Positions 16,132 to 25,342 of a stretch of 38,359 nt of DNA are shown here, one piece after another (within the stretch, counting starts at the first letter, position 1; every line of letters starts with the position of its first letter). The stretch lies in the NCBI GenBank assembly GCA_964526365.1, contig CAZGLB010000002.1, positions 1 to 38,359 of the forward strand. The letters run 5' to 3'. This stretch comes from an uncultured archaeon (GTDB lineage Archaea; Iainarchaeota; Iainarchaeia; Iainarchaeales; CSSED10-239). Made by a program: the position numbers and the translations under genes. Below the pieces are notes generated by a model. That model saw nothing but the letters and a program-made list of their open reading frames with translations, did not search any database and had not been told where the DNA came from.

Positions 16132-17238
16132 TTATATTGCAAATTCTACAACATCATTATCTTTTAGAATATAGTTTTTTGCTACATTCTGCCCAGGAAA
16201 CCTTGTACTGCCCCAAACCTTTGCAGATTTTAGGTCTTTTGAAATGGATTTATGTATTTGCTTTGCTGCTTCAGTTACTGTTGTGCCTTTTTCAAGAACT
16301 AATGGATCAGATAAATCTGCTTTCTGTCCTGGTTTTTTAGTATAAACAATTATTTTGTTTACCATTTTAAATATTTCTTCAGTTATCTTTGTCTCGTCTT
16401 TAAAATCAAATATTTTAAGATTTTTGTAAGTGGTTAAAGTTTGGTTGTTTTTAGAAAAAGGCATAGACACCACAATTGCAGGATGATAGACTGCGCGAGG
16501 ATTCATCAATAACAAAAGGTCTTCCATATTGGTTTTTTGGCCAAGAACGACTGTGTGTGAACGATATCCTGAATCTTTTAAGAGTGCAATTGCTTTTTCT
16601 TTTGGAATCATTAAATTTTGCTCGTTAATAAAAGTTATTCCTATATATTGTCCTTTTGTTAAATCAATATTTGGCCTTTTCTTTGTAATATAAATATCTT
16701 GAGTTTCAACAATTTTTATGATTTTGTCAATTTGTTCTTTTGAATAATCCGGAACAGTAATAATTACTGCATCTGCACTTCTTACAATAGACAATAATTG
16801 ATTTGCCATTTCTTTTGATTCTAGAAAGGACGGTAACTCTACTATTTGAATTAATGCACCACCATAGTTTAAAATTCCAATTTCTGGTTTTGTAGTTGTG
16901 TAAGGATATGGGGCAATAACTGGTTTAGCATTTGTAAACTTTGTTAAAAATGTACTTTTCCCAGAATTAGCAAGACCAATAATAACCACTTGACCTGCGC
17001 CTTCTTTTTTTATGCCAATGGAACGACCGGTTTTTTTAAGAGCAGCTGCTCTCTTTTCCATTTTGTTTTTTAGATCAGCAATTCTTTTACTAATATCTCT
17101 TCTTAAATTTTCAGAACCTTTGTGAGTTGGTGCAGACGATAGCATACCTTGAAGAGCAATTACTTTCTCTTCATCAGTCTTTGCTTCATCATATTTCTTT
17201 TGAGCAGCTACGTACTCATAACTTACATTTGCTGGCAT
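16132..17238 (-). CDS. developmentally regulated GTP-binding protein (DRG/Rbg, Obg-like GTPase with TGS domain)
   Basis: 368 aa. G1 motif IIGLANSGKST, then PYPYTTTKPEIG (G2) and a C-terminal TGS-like region (KVWGSTRFPGQNVAKNYILKDNDVVEF). Confidence 0.85.
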   Translation of the reverse strand: MPANVSYEYVAAQKKYDEAKTDEEKVIALQGMLSSAPTHKGSENLRRDISKRIADLKNKMEKRAAALKKTGRSIGIKKEGAGQVVIIGLANSGKSTFLTKFTNAKPVIAPYPYTTTKPEIGILNYGGALIQIVELPSFLESKEMANQLLSIVRSADAVIITVPDYSKEQIDKIIKIVETQDIYITKKRPNIDLTKGQYIGITFINEQNLMIPKEKAIALLKDSGYRSHTVVLGQKTNMEDLLLLMNPRAVYHPAIVVSMPFSKNNQTLTTYKNLKIFDFKDETKITEEIFKMVNKIIVYTKKPGQKADLSDPLVLEKGTTVTEAAKQIHKSISKDLKSAKVWGSTRFPGQNVAKNYILKDNDVVEFAI

Positions 17239-17241
17239 AAT

Positions 17242-17961
17242 TTATTTTAACCTTTTAATTAATAACTGACCTTCATATACACTATTATCAAAAGACAAAT
17301 CCTTTTCGTGTCCTTTTTGTTTTAGATATTCTTGTATATTTTTTATACAATCTAGAGATGCTGCAGGAATTATTCTTGCAATACCGCCTGGTCTTAACAT
17401 ACTTGCAAGTTTTAAAATTGCAATCTCTTGAACTCTTGTGTGTTCTATTGGCCCCATATTTGTATAAATATAATCATATTTTTTAACAAACATTAGATGA
17501 TTGAAATTTTCAAATAAATCTTTTTTTGAAAGTGTTTTTATCTCTGGGGAATAATCCTTTCTTATAATCTTTCTTGCATCTTTTGATAGTTGATTTGTTA
17601 TACTTAATGTGTCAATCTTTGGAGTTTTTTTATGTAATAATTGATTTATAAAAATAACTTCTGCTCCTTTCCCTGGTCCAAGCACAAAAATTTCTGGTTG
17701 TTTTTTATTTTTTAAATAAACAAGATCTTGTCTAATTAAGTTATCTACCTGAGGGTATATTTCGTCGCCAACAGATAACCAATTTTCTTTTTTTTCTTTT
17801 ATCACGTCTTCTACCCAGGCAGTAGACTCTATCTTTCGTCTGCCTGTTTTTTCATCAATAATTGAAGCATGTACTTTTGATTTCTTTCTTAATTTTAAAC
17901 CATAGTTATTAGGTTTCTTTCTTAGAAAAGCAAATATATTTGAAAATCTTATTTTTGGCAT
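17242..17961 (-). CDS. hypothetical protein, possibly a divergent Rossmann-fold methyltransferase
   Basis: 239 aa. VLGPGKGAEVIF (motif-I-like), YDYIYTNMG and LRPGGIARI (post-motif-like). This is a weak, motif-only call. The gene lies 3 nt upstream of the DRG gene and 9 nt downstream of the HemK-like gene. Confidence 0.35.
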   Translation of the reverse strand: MPKIRFSNIFAFLRKKPNNYGLKLRKKSKVHASIIDEKTGRRKIESTAWVEDVIKEKKENWLSVGDEIYPQVDNLIRQDLVYLKNKKQPEIFVLGPGKGAEVIFINQLLHKKTPKIDTLSITNQLSKDARKIIRKDYSPEIKTLSKKDLFENFNHLMFVKKYDYIYTNMGPIEHTRVQEIAILKLASMLRPGGIARIIPAASLDCIKNIQEYLKQKGHEKDLSFDNSVYEGQLLIKRLK

Positions 17962-17970
17962 AGCTTTTTT

Positions 17971-18600
17971 TCATTTCCAGATAATTTTAAAAACAAACAA
18001 TTCTTCAAAAAAAAGTTTTTTTGAATCAATAATCTTTGCAGAAAGATTTTCTAGTTTTAAATTTTCTATTATGTCTAGTGGAGAGTTAAGAGAAGAAACT
18101 AAAAGATAACAAACACCTTCTTTTTCTAGATGGCAAGGCAATTGCTTAACAAACTCATCAATTATTTCTCTGCCCTGTTCTCCTCCATTAACTGCTAAAT
18201 CATAGCCGTTTATCTCGTCATCATCTTCATTTAATATTTCATCAGTTGGAACATATGGCGGGTTAAATATTATTAAATCAAATTTTTGTTCTCCAATTGA
18301 ATCAAAGAGATTAGAATATACTATTTTTTGTTTTTCTAGATTATATTGTTCTTTAATATTTAAAAGATAATCAATAACAATTGGATTGATGTCTGTTGAA
18401 ATCAATTCTTTAATATTATCATAAATTTCAAGACTTAAAAATCCATTCCCTGAACCTAACTCTATTGCAGAAGAGAATTGCACTCCTGATTTAATAACTT
18501 CTTTTTCTAAAACCTCTAACATTAAATCTGTGTCATCGCTAGGGAGATATACTCTTGCTGGTATATCCAAACTATATTGTTTAAAATTAAGTATAGTCAT
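17971..18600 (-). CDS. HemK/Mtq2-type N5-glutamine (release factor) methyltransferase
   Basis: 209 aa. ELGSGNGFLS (SAM motif I) and the diagnostic IIFNPPYVPT (NPPY) motif. Confidence 0.8.
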   Translation of the reverse strand: MTILNFKQYSLDIPARVYLPSDDTDLMLEVLEKEVIKSGVQFSSAIELGSGNGFLSLEIYDNIKELISTDINPIVIDYLLNIKEQYNLEKQKIVYSNLFDSIGEQKFDLIIFNPPYVPTDEILNEDDDEINGYDLAVNGGEQGREIIDEFVKQLPCHLEKEGVCYLLVSSLNSPLDIIENLKLENLSAKIIDSKKLFFEELFVFKIIWK

Positions 18601-18609
18601 ATATTATAT

Positions 18610-19356
18610 ATGGAGAATAAAGATTTAAAATTCATAGACATTCACTGCCACTATGATGAATTATCTTTAGAATACTTAAAAGAAACATTTTCTAAAGAAG
18701 AAATGATGGCTATTGCAAATAATGTAGATATCGATAGCTATAGAAAACTAGAAAGTTTTAGAAAAGAAAATATCCCTGGGCTTTACTTTGCATATGGATT
18801 GTATCCTGATGTCGTGGTTAATAAAGGCCTAAAAGATAGCTTAAATTATTTAGAAATTATATTTAAAGACTCAAAAGAAATTTTAGCAATTGGAGAAATT
18901 GGTTTAGACTATAAGATAACAAAAGACCAAGAAATTAGAAGAGAACAAAAAATTGTTTTTGAAAAACAATTAGAAATTGCAAAAGATCGAAAACTGCCAG
19001 TAATTATACACTCTAGATATGCCACAAAAGCGGTTTTAGATGTTTTAGAAAATTTTAGTGGCTTTCCAATTATATTACACTGGTTTACTGGAAATGAAAA
19101 GGAAATACAAACTGCTCTTGACAGAGGATACAATCTAACGCTTAGATTTAATAAACCAATTATTCCTAATATTAAAGAACACTTGAATCAGATTTTTATA
19201 GAAACAGACTACCCAATATCTTATGAAGGAAAACCTATAGAAATCACAGACATAAAAAAATCCTACGAGATATTTGCAAAAGAAAATAATATAGATATTA
19301 CAGAACTAAAAGAAAAAATAAATAATAATTTTAATAAAGTATTTTTAAGAAAATAA
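18610..19356 (+). CDS. tatD: TatD-family metal-dependent hydrolase/DNase
   Basis: MENKDLKFIDIHCHYD..., IGEIGLDY and VIIHSR motifs. I prefer ATG 18610 to the upstream start at 18577 in the ORF track. Confidence 0.85.
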   Translation: MENKDLKFIDIHCHYDELSLEYLKETFSKEEMMAIANNVDIDSYRKLESFRKENIPGLYFAYGLYPDVVVNKGLKDSLNYLEIIFKDSKEILAIGEIGLDYKITKDQEIRREQKIVFEKQLEIAKDRKLPVIIHSRYATKAVLDVLENFSGFPIILHWFTGNEKEIQTALDRGYNLTLRFNKPIIPNIKEHLNQIFIETDYPISYEGKPIEITDIKKSYEIFAKENNIDITELKEKINNNFNKVFLRK

Positions 19357-19369
19357 AAGAGAAATTACT

Positions 19370-19972
19370 ATGATAAAGAAAAACTCAGAAATTTTTGATT
19401 TATTGGTTGCTTGGCTTGCAATCTCTTTGTGTTTTACAATAGTTCTTGGTAACTATAGCCTTTTAGATTATATAAATAAGAATTTTACATTTACCATAAA
19501 AGAATTTTTCACAAACTTTGGTTTAAGCCTGATTATTACTTCCACATCTTTTATTTTCCACGAGCTATCACACAAATATACTGGAATACACCTTGGTGCG
19601 CAAGGCAGATTTATTATGTGGCCAGCATTTCTTTTCTTTGGTGTGGCTCTTGCTGGAATATTTGGAATTGTTTTTGTTGCGCCAGGTGCTGTGTATATCT
19701 ATGGTAAAGCTCATAGCATTAAAGAAGACGGAATAATTTCTCTTGCTGGGCCTGCTTCTAATCTATTGATGGCATTTTTATTCTTTATTGGAGCATTACT
19801 TGGAGCACCAGCACTAATCGTAACCTATGGTGTTTTTATTAATCTCTGGATTGCATTTTTCAATCTTTTGCCATTTGGGCCACTTGATGGAGCAAAAATA
19901 ATAAGATGGAATCCACTTGTTTGGGCAGGATTTATTGCAATACCTTTGATTGTGATTTTTGTGTTGTTTTAA
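19370..19972 (+). CDS. site-2 protease family (M50) membrane metalloprotease
   Basis: 200 aa and polytopic. HELSHKY (HExxH) and NLLPFGPLDGAKI (LDG motif). Confidence 0.8.
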   Translation: MIKKNSEIFDLLVAWLAISLCFTIVLGNYSLLDYINKNFTFTIKEFFTNFGLSLIITSTSFIFHELSHKYTGIHLGAQGRFIMWPAFLFFGVALAGIFGIVFVAPGAVYIYGKAHSIKEDGIISLAGPASNLLMAFLFFIGALLGAPALIVTYGVFINLWIAFFNLLPFGPLDGAKIIRWNPLVWAGFIAIPLIVIFVLF

Positions 19973-19976
19973 AACG

Positions 19977-20354
19977 CTATCTTACTGGGGTTTTATACTT
20001 TCTTGTTATTTTTGCTATTTTTAAAATTCTTTTTGTTTTTAATTTTGAAAGGCGCTTTTCTTGATTTTTTTTTAAAGTTGTTGCAATTCTTCTATCAAAC
20101 ATTAATTTTTTAATAATTTTTTCTATTTTTCTTTGACAACCTGCTAGGTCTTTTTGATTGTCTAGAATATGTTTTTGAAGGGATTCTGGAATGACAATTG
20201 TTCTTTTTTTATATTCTTCTAAATTACGAGATAATTTTATTGCATTTGCTGCAAATTCTAAACTATCTAATGCATTATTAATATTAAAAATTCTGCTTTT
20301 TAATGTTTCAATATCTTTTATATAATCTTTTATTTTTAAATTTAGAGAATCCAT
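19977..20354 (-). CDS. hypothetical basic coiled-coil protein (125 aa)
   Basis: ORF lies 12 nt downstream of the NFACT-R gene on the same strand. The C-terminal tail is Lys/Arg-rich. I recognise no family. Confidence 0.45.
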   Translation of the reverse strand: MDSLNLKIKDYIKDIETLKSRIFNINNALDSLEFAANAIKLSRNLEEYKKRTIVIPESLQKHILDNQKDLAGCQRKIEKIIKKLMFDRRIATTLKKNQEKRLSKLKTKRILKIAKITRKYKTPVR

Positions 20355-20366
20355 ATTTTATCACTT

Positions 20367-21164
20367 TTATTTTATTTCACAATCTCCTGGTGGAAGATTT
20401 GACATTAAATCGTCAATAGAAACATCTATGTTCTTTTTTAAAAATCTATCTTTTAATTCTTTACAAACATCTGATTTCTTGGTTTTCCCTGGAGTTAATA
20501 TATAATAATCTTTGCAAAAGAAAGAGATTGCAGAAATTGGTCCAGCAATAACCACTTGTTTCTTGCCGTCATAACCAACACCAATCTTTAAATCAATTTT
20601 TTTATAATAGTCTCTTTTGCCTCTAATGACAAACGCACCTGTGCCAAGAGACTCTCCAGAACCCGCAGTTTTAGACACTTGCCCATAACCCACAGAATAA
20701 ACATCCACAGAATATGTGCCACTGGACCACGCAGAAGAATGAATTGCTGCAAAGTTTGCTGCTTCATCTTTATCAATATCTGTTATTTCTTTTTTTTCTG
20801 GATTTAATAAAAGAGTGTGAGGAGCACCGTGAATGTCTGCGTGAAAATAAATATCATTTACTGAGAAGTGCTTCTTAACAAGCTGTTCATTATTCTTTGC
20901 ATCACGCCCAGCAAGAACTAAAAAGCCGTTACTTGTATAGAACCATTTGAATTTCTCAAACCATTCTTTATTTTTTTCTTCTTTTTTCTTTATTTCTTGT
21001 TTTGGTTTTTTTGAAGTTTCTTTTTCTAGCTGTTGCATTTTCTTTTTTGTAACCTCTAGAGCCTTATCTATTCCTTTAATCTTTTCTAAATATCTGTTTC
21101 TGCCTTTATATTTATTTTCTGCGTTCTTTCCTGCAGATAACTCGTAGTTTATTTCTATTTCCAT
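20367..21164 (-). CDS. NFACT-R (DUF814) domain protein, short Rqc2/NEMF/FbpA-related form lacking NFACT-N
   Basis: 265 aa. A Lys/Glu-rich helix is followed by KWFYTSNGFLVLAGRDAKNNEQLVKKHFSVNDIYFHADIHGAPHTLL, the core DUF814/NFACT-R signature (GR.a.qNe.L.......D.w.Ha....gsHvv). Confidence 0.7.
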   Translation of the reverse strand: MEIEINYELSAGKNAENKYKGRNRYLEKIKGIDKALEVTKKKMQQLEKETSKKPKQEIKKKEEKNKEWFEKFKWFYTSNGFLVLAGRDAKNNEQLVKKHFSVNDIYFHADIHGAPHTLLLNPEKKEITDIDKDEAANFAAIHSSAWSSGTYSVDVYSVGYGQVSKTAGSGESLGTGAFVIRGKRDYYKKIDLKIGVGYDGKKQVVIAGPISAISFFCKDYYILTPGKTKKSDVCKELKDRFLKKNIDVSIDDLMSNLPPGDCEIK

Positions 21165-21703
21165 TATTCAAGACCTTGTTCTTTTTCTAAAATATCTATT
21201 AATGCACTGCTGTGACTTTTTTGAACATACATTGGATCAGAAAGATAAAATACAGTTCTTTCTTTAATATAATTATAAATATCAGGGTAATTTAAAAAAT
21301 ATTGCCTTTGAACATTATTATAATAATCTTCAACATTCTTTGCAAGATAACCAATAGCAACATTATAACCTTTTTCTGTAATTACTTCAGAACAATGATA
21401 GATGTTTGGAACTGTAGTAATTATCTTTTTTAAATAATTTTTTGTCTTCTCGTTTGAGATATCCATTTGAAGAAAAGTCCAAACTCTTAACCCATAACCA
21501 GCAACGCTAGAATTTAAGGAAGGAATATATTGTTTTATTAGGCCCTGCTTTTCCATTAGATCAATTGAAGACTTTATGGTTGCTCTGTGAAAACCAGTGT
21601 GTTTCTTTAATTGCCTAATATTTGGAACAAGAACTCCCTCTTTACGCATTGCAGAAAGAATCTTTATTCTTATTGGGTCTAGAATCTTTTTAGAATCATC
21701 CAT
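21164..21703 (-). CDS. Lrp/AsnC-like winged-helix transcriptional regulator
   Basis: 179 aa. The N-terminal ILDPIRIKILSAMRKEG...IRQLKKHTGFHRATIKSSIDLMEKQGLIKQY is HTH-like and is followed by an alpha/beta effector-like half. TAATG 1-nt overlap with the downstream NFACT-R gene. Confidence 0.55.
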   Translation of the reverse strand: MDDSKKILDPIRIKILSAMRKEGVLVPNIRQLKKHTGFHRATIKSSIDLMEKQGLIKQYIPSLNSSVAGYGLRVWTFLQMDISNEKTKNYLKKIITTVPNIYHCSEVITEKGYNVAIGYLAKNVEDYYNNVQRQYFLNYPDIYNYIKERTVFYLSDPMYVQKSHSSALIDILEKEQGLE

Positions 21704-21770
21704 AATTAGTCACAAATAATATATGCAAAAAAAGATATATAAAAGGATATAATTGTGCCAAATGGAACAA

Positions 21771-22985
21771 TTATTCAGAAAATTCCTGCCTTAATAAATC
21801 AATTATTGTTTGAGCATCAATGCCTAGTCTTATTAAAGTGGTATTTCCTTTTACGCCTTTTCCAGAAATTGTTGTAGAAATAAAACCATAGGTTTCAAGT
21901 TCTGTAATATATTCTCTAAACCAACGTATAGTTACTGCTTTTTCTGAATACTTCTCACATAAAGAATTATATTTGTCATAGATTTCTCCAGAATATAAAA
22001 TATTACTATCCATTGATTGACCAGTTACGCCTAAGATCCCTTTTGGCCTTAAAGAACCTTGAGCAATTGCAAGAAGCACCAATTGAAGTTGAACAGGAAG
22101 AGTTAGAACCATACTTTTCATAACCTCTTGCTCAACTTTTTCTTTAGCATCATACACTTCTTTATCTGTAACTTTTGTGTTACCGTTTAGATCTGCAATC
22201 TCTCCTGCTCTTAGAAGAAGCATGACTGCACGCCTTGCATCCCCTGATTCTTTTGCTGCAATTGCTGCTGCAGCATTAATTGCTGAAGGGCTAACAACGT
22301 CTTTTTTAAAAGCAATATCTATTCTTTGGAAAAGTATGTCTTTTAATTCCTCAGCATTATAGGGAGGATAGACTGCTTCTTGCTCACAAAGAGAACTTTT
22401 AGTTCTTGAATCTAAATTATTTTTAAAAAATATATTATTTGAAATTGCTATAACTGAAACAGAACCATGTTCTATTTCATCATTTGTTCGTGTTAAAGTA
22501 TAGATTAGATCATCAATTTCTTTGTCTTTGATTTTGTCAATCTCATCAAGAACTACAATAAAGTTTGTTCTGTTTTCTTTAATGTAGGTTAAAAACTTAT
22601 CATAAATAAAAGACCTAGAATAACCAAAGAAATTCTGGTCTGGGTAGAATAATTGAACACAATATACTAGAACAGTGTATTTTGTTTGATAATTTCTACA
22701 ATTTAGATAGACTGTAACTAATGGTAGATGCTGATCCTTTGAGAAATTTTCAAGCTGAGAAATAACGTGTCTTACAACTGTTGTTTTTCCAGTTCCAACT
22801 TTACCATAAACAAAGACGTTGTGCGGCTTTGCTTTCTTTAAAACTGGAGATAACCATAAAGATAAATCCTTTATCTGCTCATCTCTAAAAGGTAGTTTCT
22901 CCGGAGCATAATGCGGAGATATTTTTGACTTATCAGTAAAAACCGAATTTTCGTTTAAAAAATTATAGAATATATTCTCTGCCAT
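21771..22985 (-). CDS. cdc6: Orc1/Cdc6 replication initiator, copy 2
   Basis: 404 aa. Walker A VFVYGKVGTGKTT, Walker B IVVLDEIDKI, VIAISNN, GDARRAVMLL, and a C-terminal winged helix. Confidence 0.9.
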   Translation of the reverse strand: MAENIFYNFLNENSVFTDKSKISPHYAPEKLPFRDEQIKDLSLWLSPVLKKAKPHNVFVYGKVGTGKTTVVRHVISQLENFSKDQHLPLVTVYLNCRNYQTKYTVLVYCVQLFYPDQNFFGYSRSFIYDKFLTYIKENRTNFIVVLDEIDKIKDKEIDDLIYTLTRTNDEIEHGSVSVIAISNNIFFKNNLDSRTKSSLCEQEAVYPPYNAEELKDILFQRIDIAFKKDVVSPSAINAAAAIAAKESGDARRAVMLLLRAGEIADLNGNTKVTDKEVYDAKEKVEQEVMKSMVLTLPVQLQLVLLAIAQGSLRPKGILGVTGQSMDSNILYSGEIYDKYNSLCEKYSEKAVTIRWFREYITELETYGFISTTISGKGVKGNTTLIRLGIDAQTIIDLLRQEFSE

Positions 22986-23067
22986 CTTCTTTCACCACAA
23001 ACTTACTATACTAAAAGGTTAAATCTATTACTAAAAACTTTCCATAGAGAATACTATATATTAGGAA

Positions 23068-23649
23068 TCAAAGGCTTTTTAAGAGTGTGGGATTAACTTT
23101 ACTTATTTCTGCATTTTTTGAAATAGAAAATATTTTATGATGTTGTTTTACTGGCTTTTTGTTTAAGACAGAAAGACCAACACTGATAATGTCGCCATGA
23201 GTAACTAGCAAGATATTTTTATTTTTATGTGTCTTTTCTATGTTTGCTATTAATTCTTTAATTCTTTTTGCAATAAAAGAAACACTCTCGCAGCTTTTTA
23301 GAGTTTTTCCTTTTAAATCATTTTCCCAAAGCTCGTGATACATGTTATCTTTGCCTTTCTCAAAAATACCAAGATTTCTTTCTCTTAAGTTTTTTGAAAA
23401 AATTGGTTTTCCTGATTTGAGATACTTACTTACAATCTCTGCAGTCTCTCTTGCTCTCTTGAAATCAGAAGAATAGATAATTGTGTCTTTATCTAACTCT
23501 TTATTTGCTTTTATTGAATCCTTTACTTGCTTTTTACCAACTGCGGAAAGACCGTAATGCGTAATTGCATTTTCTGGTTTTGTAATAACCAGATGTTTTA
23601 GGTTTGCAAGGCTTTGGCCGTGCCTTATAAAAAAATAAATGTTGTTCAT
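23068..23649 (-). CDS. histidine phosphatase family protein (dPGM/cobC-like)
   Basis: IYFFIRHGQSLAN (RHG catalytic motif) and LLVTHGD (second His). ATG 23649 makes an ATGA overlap with the upstream HD gene stop. Confidence 0.75.
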   Translation of the reverse strand: MNNIYFFIRHGQSLANLKHLVITKPENAITHYGLSAVGKKQVKDSIKANKELDKDTIIYSSDFKRARETAEIVSKYLKSGKPIFSKNLRERNLGIFEKGKDNMYHELWENDLKGKTLKSCESVSFIAKRIKELIANIEKTHKNKNILLVTHGDIISVGLSVLNKKPVKQHHKIFSISKNAEISKVNPTLLKSL

Positions 23650-24290
23650 GCTTTGCCATTCCATTCTTTATAGAATTGTTCTAAATACTTTTCCATAAAC
23701 TTGTGTCTTTTTTCTGCAAGCTTTTTTCCGGTTTCAGTGTTCATTAAATCTTTTAACAAAAGTAGTTTTTCATAGAAATGATTTATTGTTGTACCTTTGG
23801 CTTTAATATATTCTTCTTTTGTTAGATTGGTCTTTGGTTTATCTTCAGGATCGTAGATTACTCTGTTTTTAAAACCACCAAAAGAAAAGGCTCTTGCAAT
23901 TCCGATTGCGCCAATTGCATCAAGTCTGTCTGCATCTTGAACAACTTTAAATTCTAGAGTCTTCTCTGCTGGTTGTTCTTTCTTAAAAGAAACGTGTTCT
24001 ACTATATAGACTGCTTTGTTTATTGTTTCTGTATCTACGTTTAAAGCCTCTAAAAAATCTTTTGTTTTCTTTGGCGCAATTGTTTCATCACCATCTGTAA
24101 ATTTAGAATCTGCGATGTCATGAAAAAGAACCGCTAGTTCTACAACAAACAAATCAGCTTTTTCTTTTTTTGCTATTTTTTTTGCAAGGTTGTTTACTCT
24201 TAAGACATGAAACCAATCATGCCCACTGTCTCCAGACATCTCTTTTTTTACAAACTCTTTTGTTTTTTCAAGTATTCTTTTTTTGTTCAT
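23646..24290 (-). CDS. HD-domain phosphohydrolase
   Basis: HDWFHVLRV...AVLFHDIAD...DADRLDAIGAIG is the classic H..HD..D pattern. ATG 24290 makes an ATGA overlap with the mnmA stop. Confidence 0.8.
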   Translation of the reverse strand: MNKKRILEKTKEFVKKEMSGDSGHDWFHVLRVNNLAKKIAKKEKADLFVVELAVLFHDIADSKFTDGDETIAPKKTKDFLEALNVDTETINKAVYIVEHVSFKKEQPAEKTLEFKVVQDADRLDAIGAIGIARAFSFGGFKNRVIYDPEDKPKTNLTKEEYIKAKGTTINHFYEKLLLLKDLMNTETGKKLAEKRHKFMEKYLEQFYKEWNGKA

Positions 24291-25342
24291 TTTATTATTC
24301 CTCCGCCAAGACAAACATCTTTTTTATAGAAAACACAAAACTGGCCAGGAGTTACAAACTCTTGCGGTTTTTTAAAGATTACTTTTATCTCGTCTTTTGA
24401 AATCTTTACAAGCCTTGCCTTAAGAGATTTTGTGGTATATCTAGTTTTAACATCAATTTCTGTTTTTGGAATTTTTGAAAGGAGATTAACGTTTGTAACA
24501 ACAATCTCTTGTCTTGCAGAAGACTTTGGAAGGTTTGTTACTATTAGTTGGTTTTTTTTTGGGTCGTAACCAGAAACAAAATACTTCTCCTTTGATTTAA
24601 TGTTTAGGCCTCTCCTTTGGCCAATTGTGTAGAACCATAAGCCTTTGTGCTTACCAAGAATCTTCCCTTTGATGTCAATGATGTCGCCAGGATTTTTTCC
24701 AAGTTCTTTCTCTAAATATCTTGAAATATCTTTACCAGAAACAAAACAGAAATCCTGAGACTGTTTGGTTTTAGAAAAAAAATCAAAGTCTTGTTTTTGG
24801 GCTAAAGAATAAACTTGGTCTTTTGTCATGTCTTGTAATGGAAAAATAATTCTTTTTAGCCAAGACTTAGGAAGAAGACAAAGGCCATAGGTTTGATCCT
24901 TTCCCTTGTCTTTTGGCTTTAGCAACTGATTGTTTTTTATTTTTGCATAATGACCTGTTGCAACAAATGGAATTTTTTTCTTATCTGCAAAATCTAGAAG
25001 CGCCTTAATTTTGCTATAGCGATTACAAATCACGCAAGGATTTGGAGTTCTGTTGTTCTTTAGTTCCTTTTTAAAATAATTTACCACTTCTTTCTCAAAG
25101 TTTTTTCTTTCATCGACAATGTAGTGAGGAACATTTAATTTCTTACAAACATCTTTTGCAATCTTTAAAGCTTGAGGAGTACAACAAGAATTATCTTTAC
25201 AAGTTGCTTCTTTCCAGACTGGGAGCTTAAGAGAAACGCCAATTGGAGAATAGCCTTTCTGTTTTAGAACAACAAGCGCCATACTAGAATCAACGCCACC
25301 AGAAACGCCAACAACAACTCTTTTATCTTTCATATATATCAT
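24287..25342 (-). CDS. mnmA: tRNA-specific 2-thiouridylase MnmA (bacterial type)
   Basis: 351 aa. PP-loop VVVGVSGGVDSS, NPCVICN, and ATGHYA. Confidence 0.9.
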   Translation of the reverse strand: MIYMKDKRVVVGVSGGVDSSMALVVLKQKGYSPIGVSLKLPVWKEATCKDNSCCTPQALKIAKDVCKKLNVPHYIVDERKNFEKEVVNYFKKELKNNRTPNPCVICNRYSKIKALLDFADKKKIPFVATGHYAKIKNNQLLKPKDKGKDQTYGLCLLPKSWLKRIIFPLQDMTKDQVYSLAQKQDFDFFSKTKQSQDFCFVSGKDISRYLEKELGKNPGDIIDIKGKILGKHKGLWFYTIGQRRGLNIKSKEKYFVSGYDPKKNQLIVTNLPKSSARQEIVVTNVNLLSKIPKTEIDVKTRYTTKSLKARLVKISKDEIKVIFKKPQEFVTPGQFCVFYKKDVCLGGGIIK

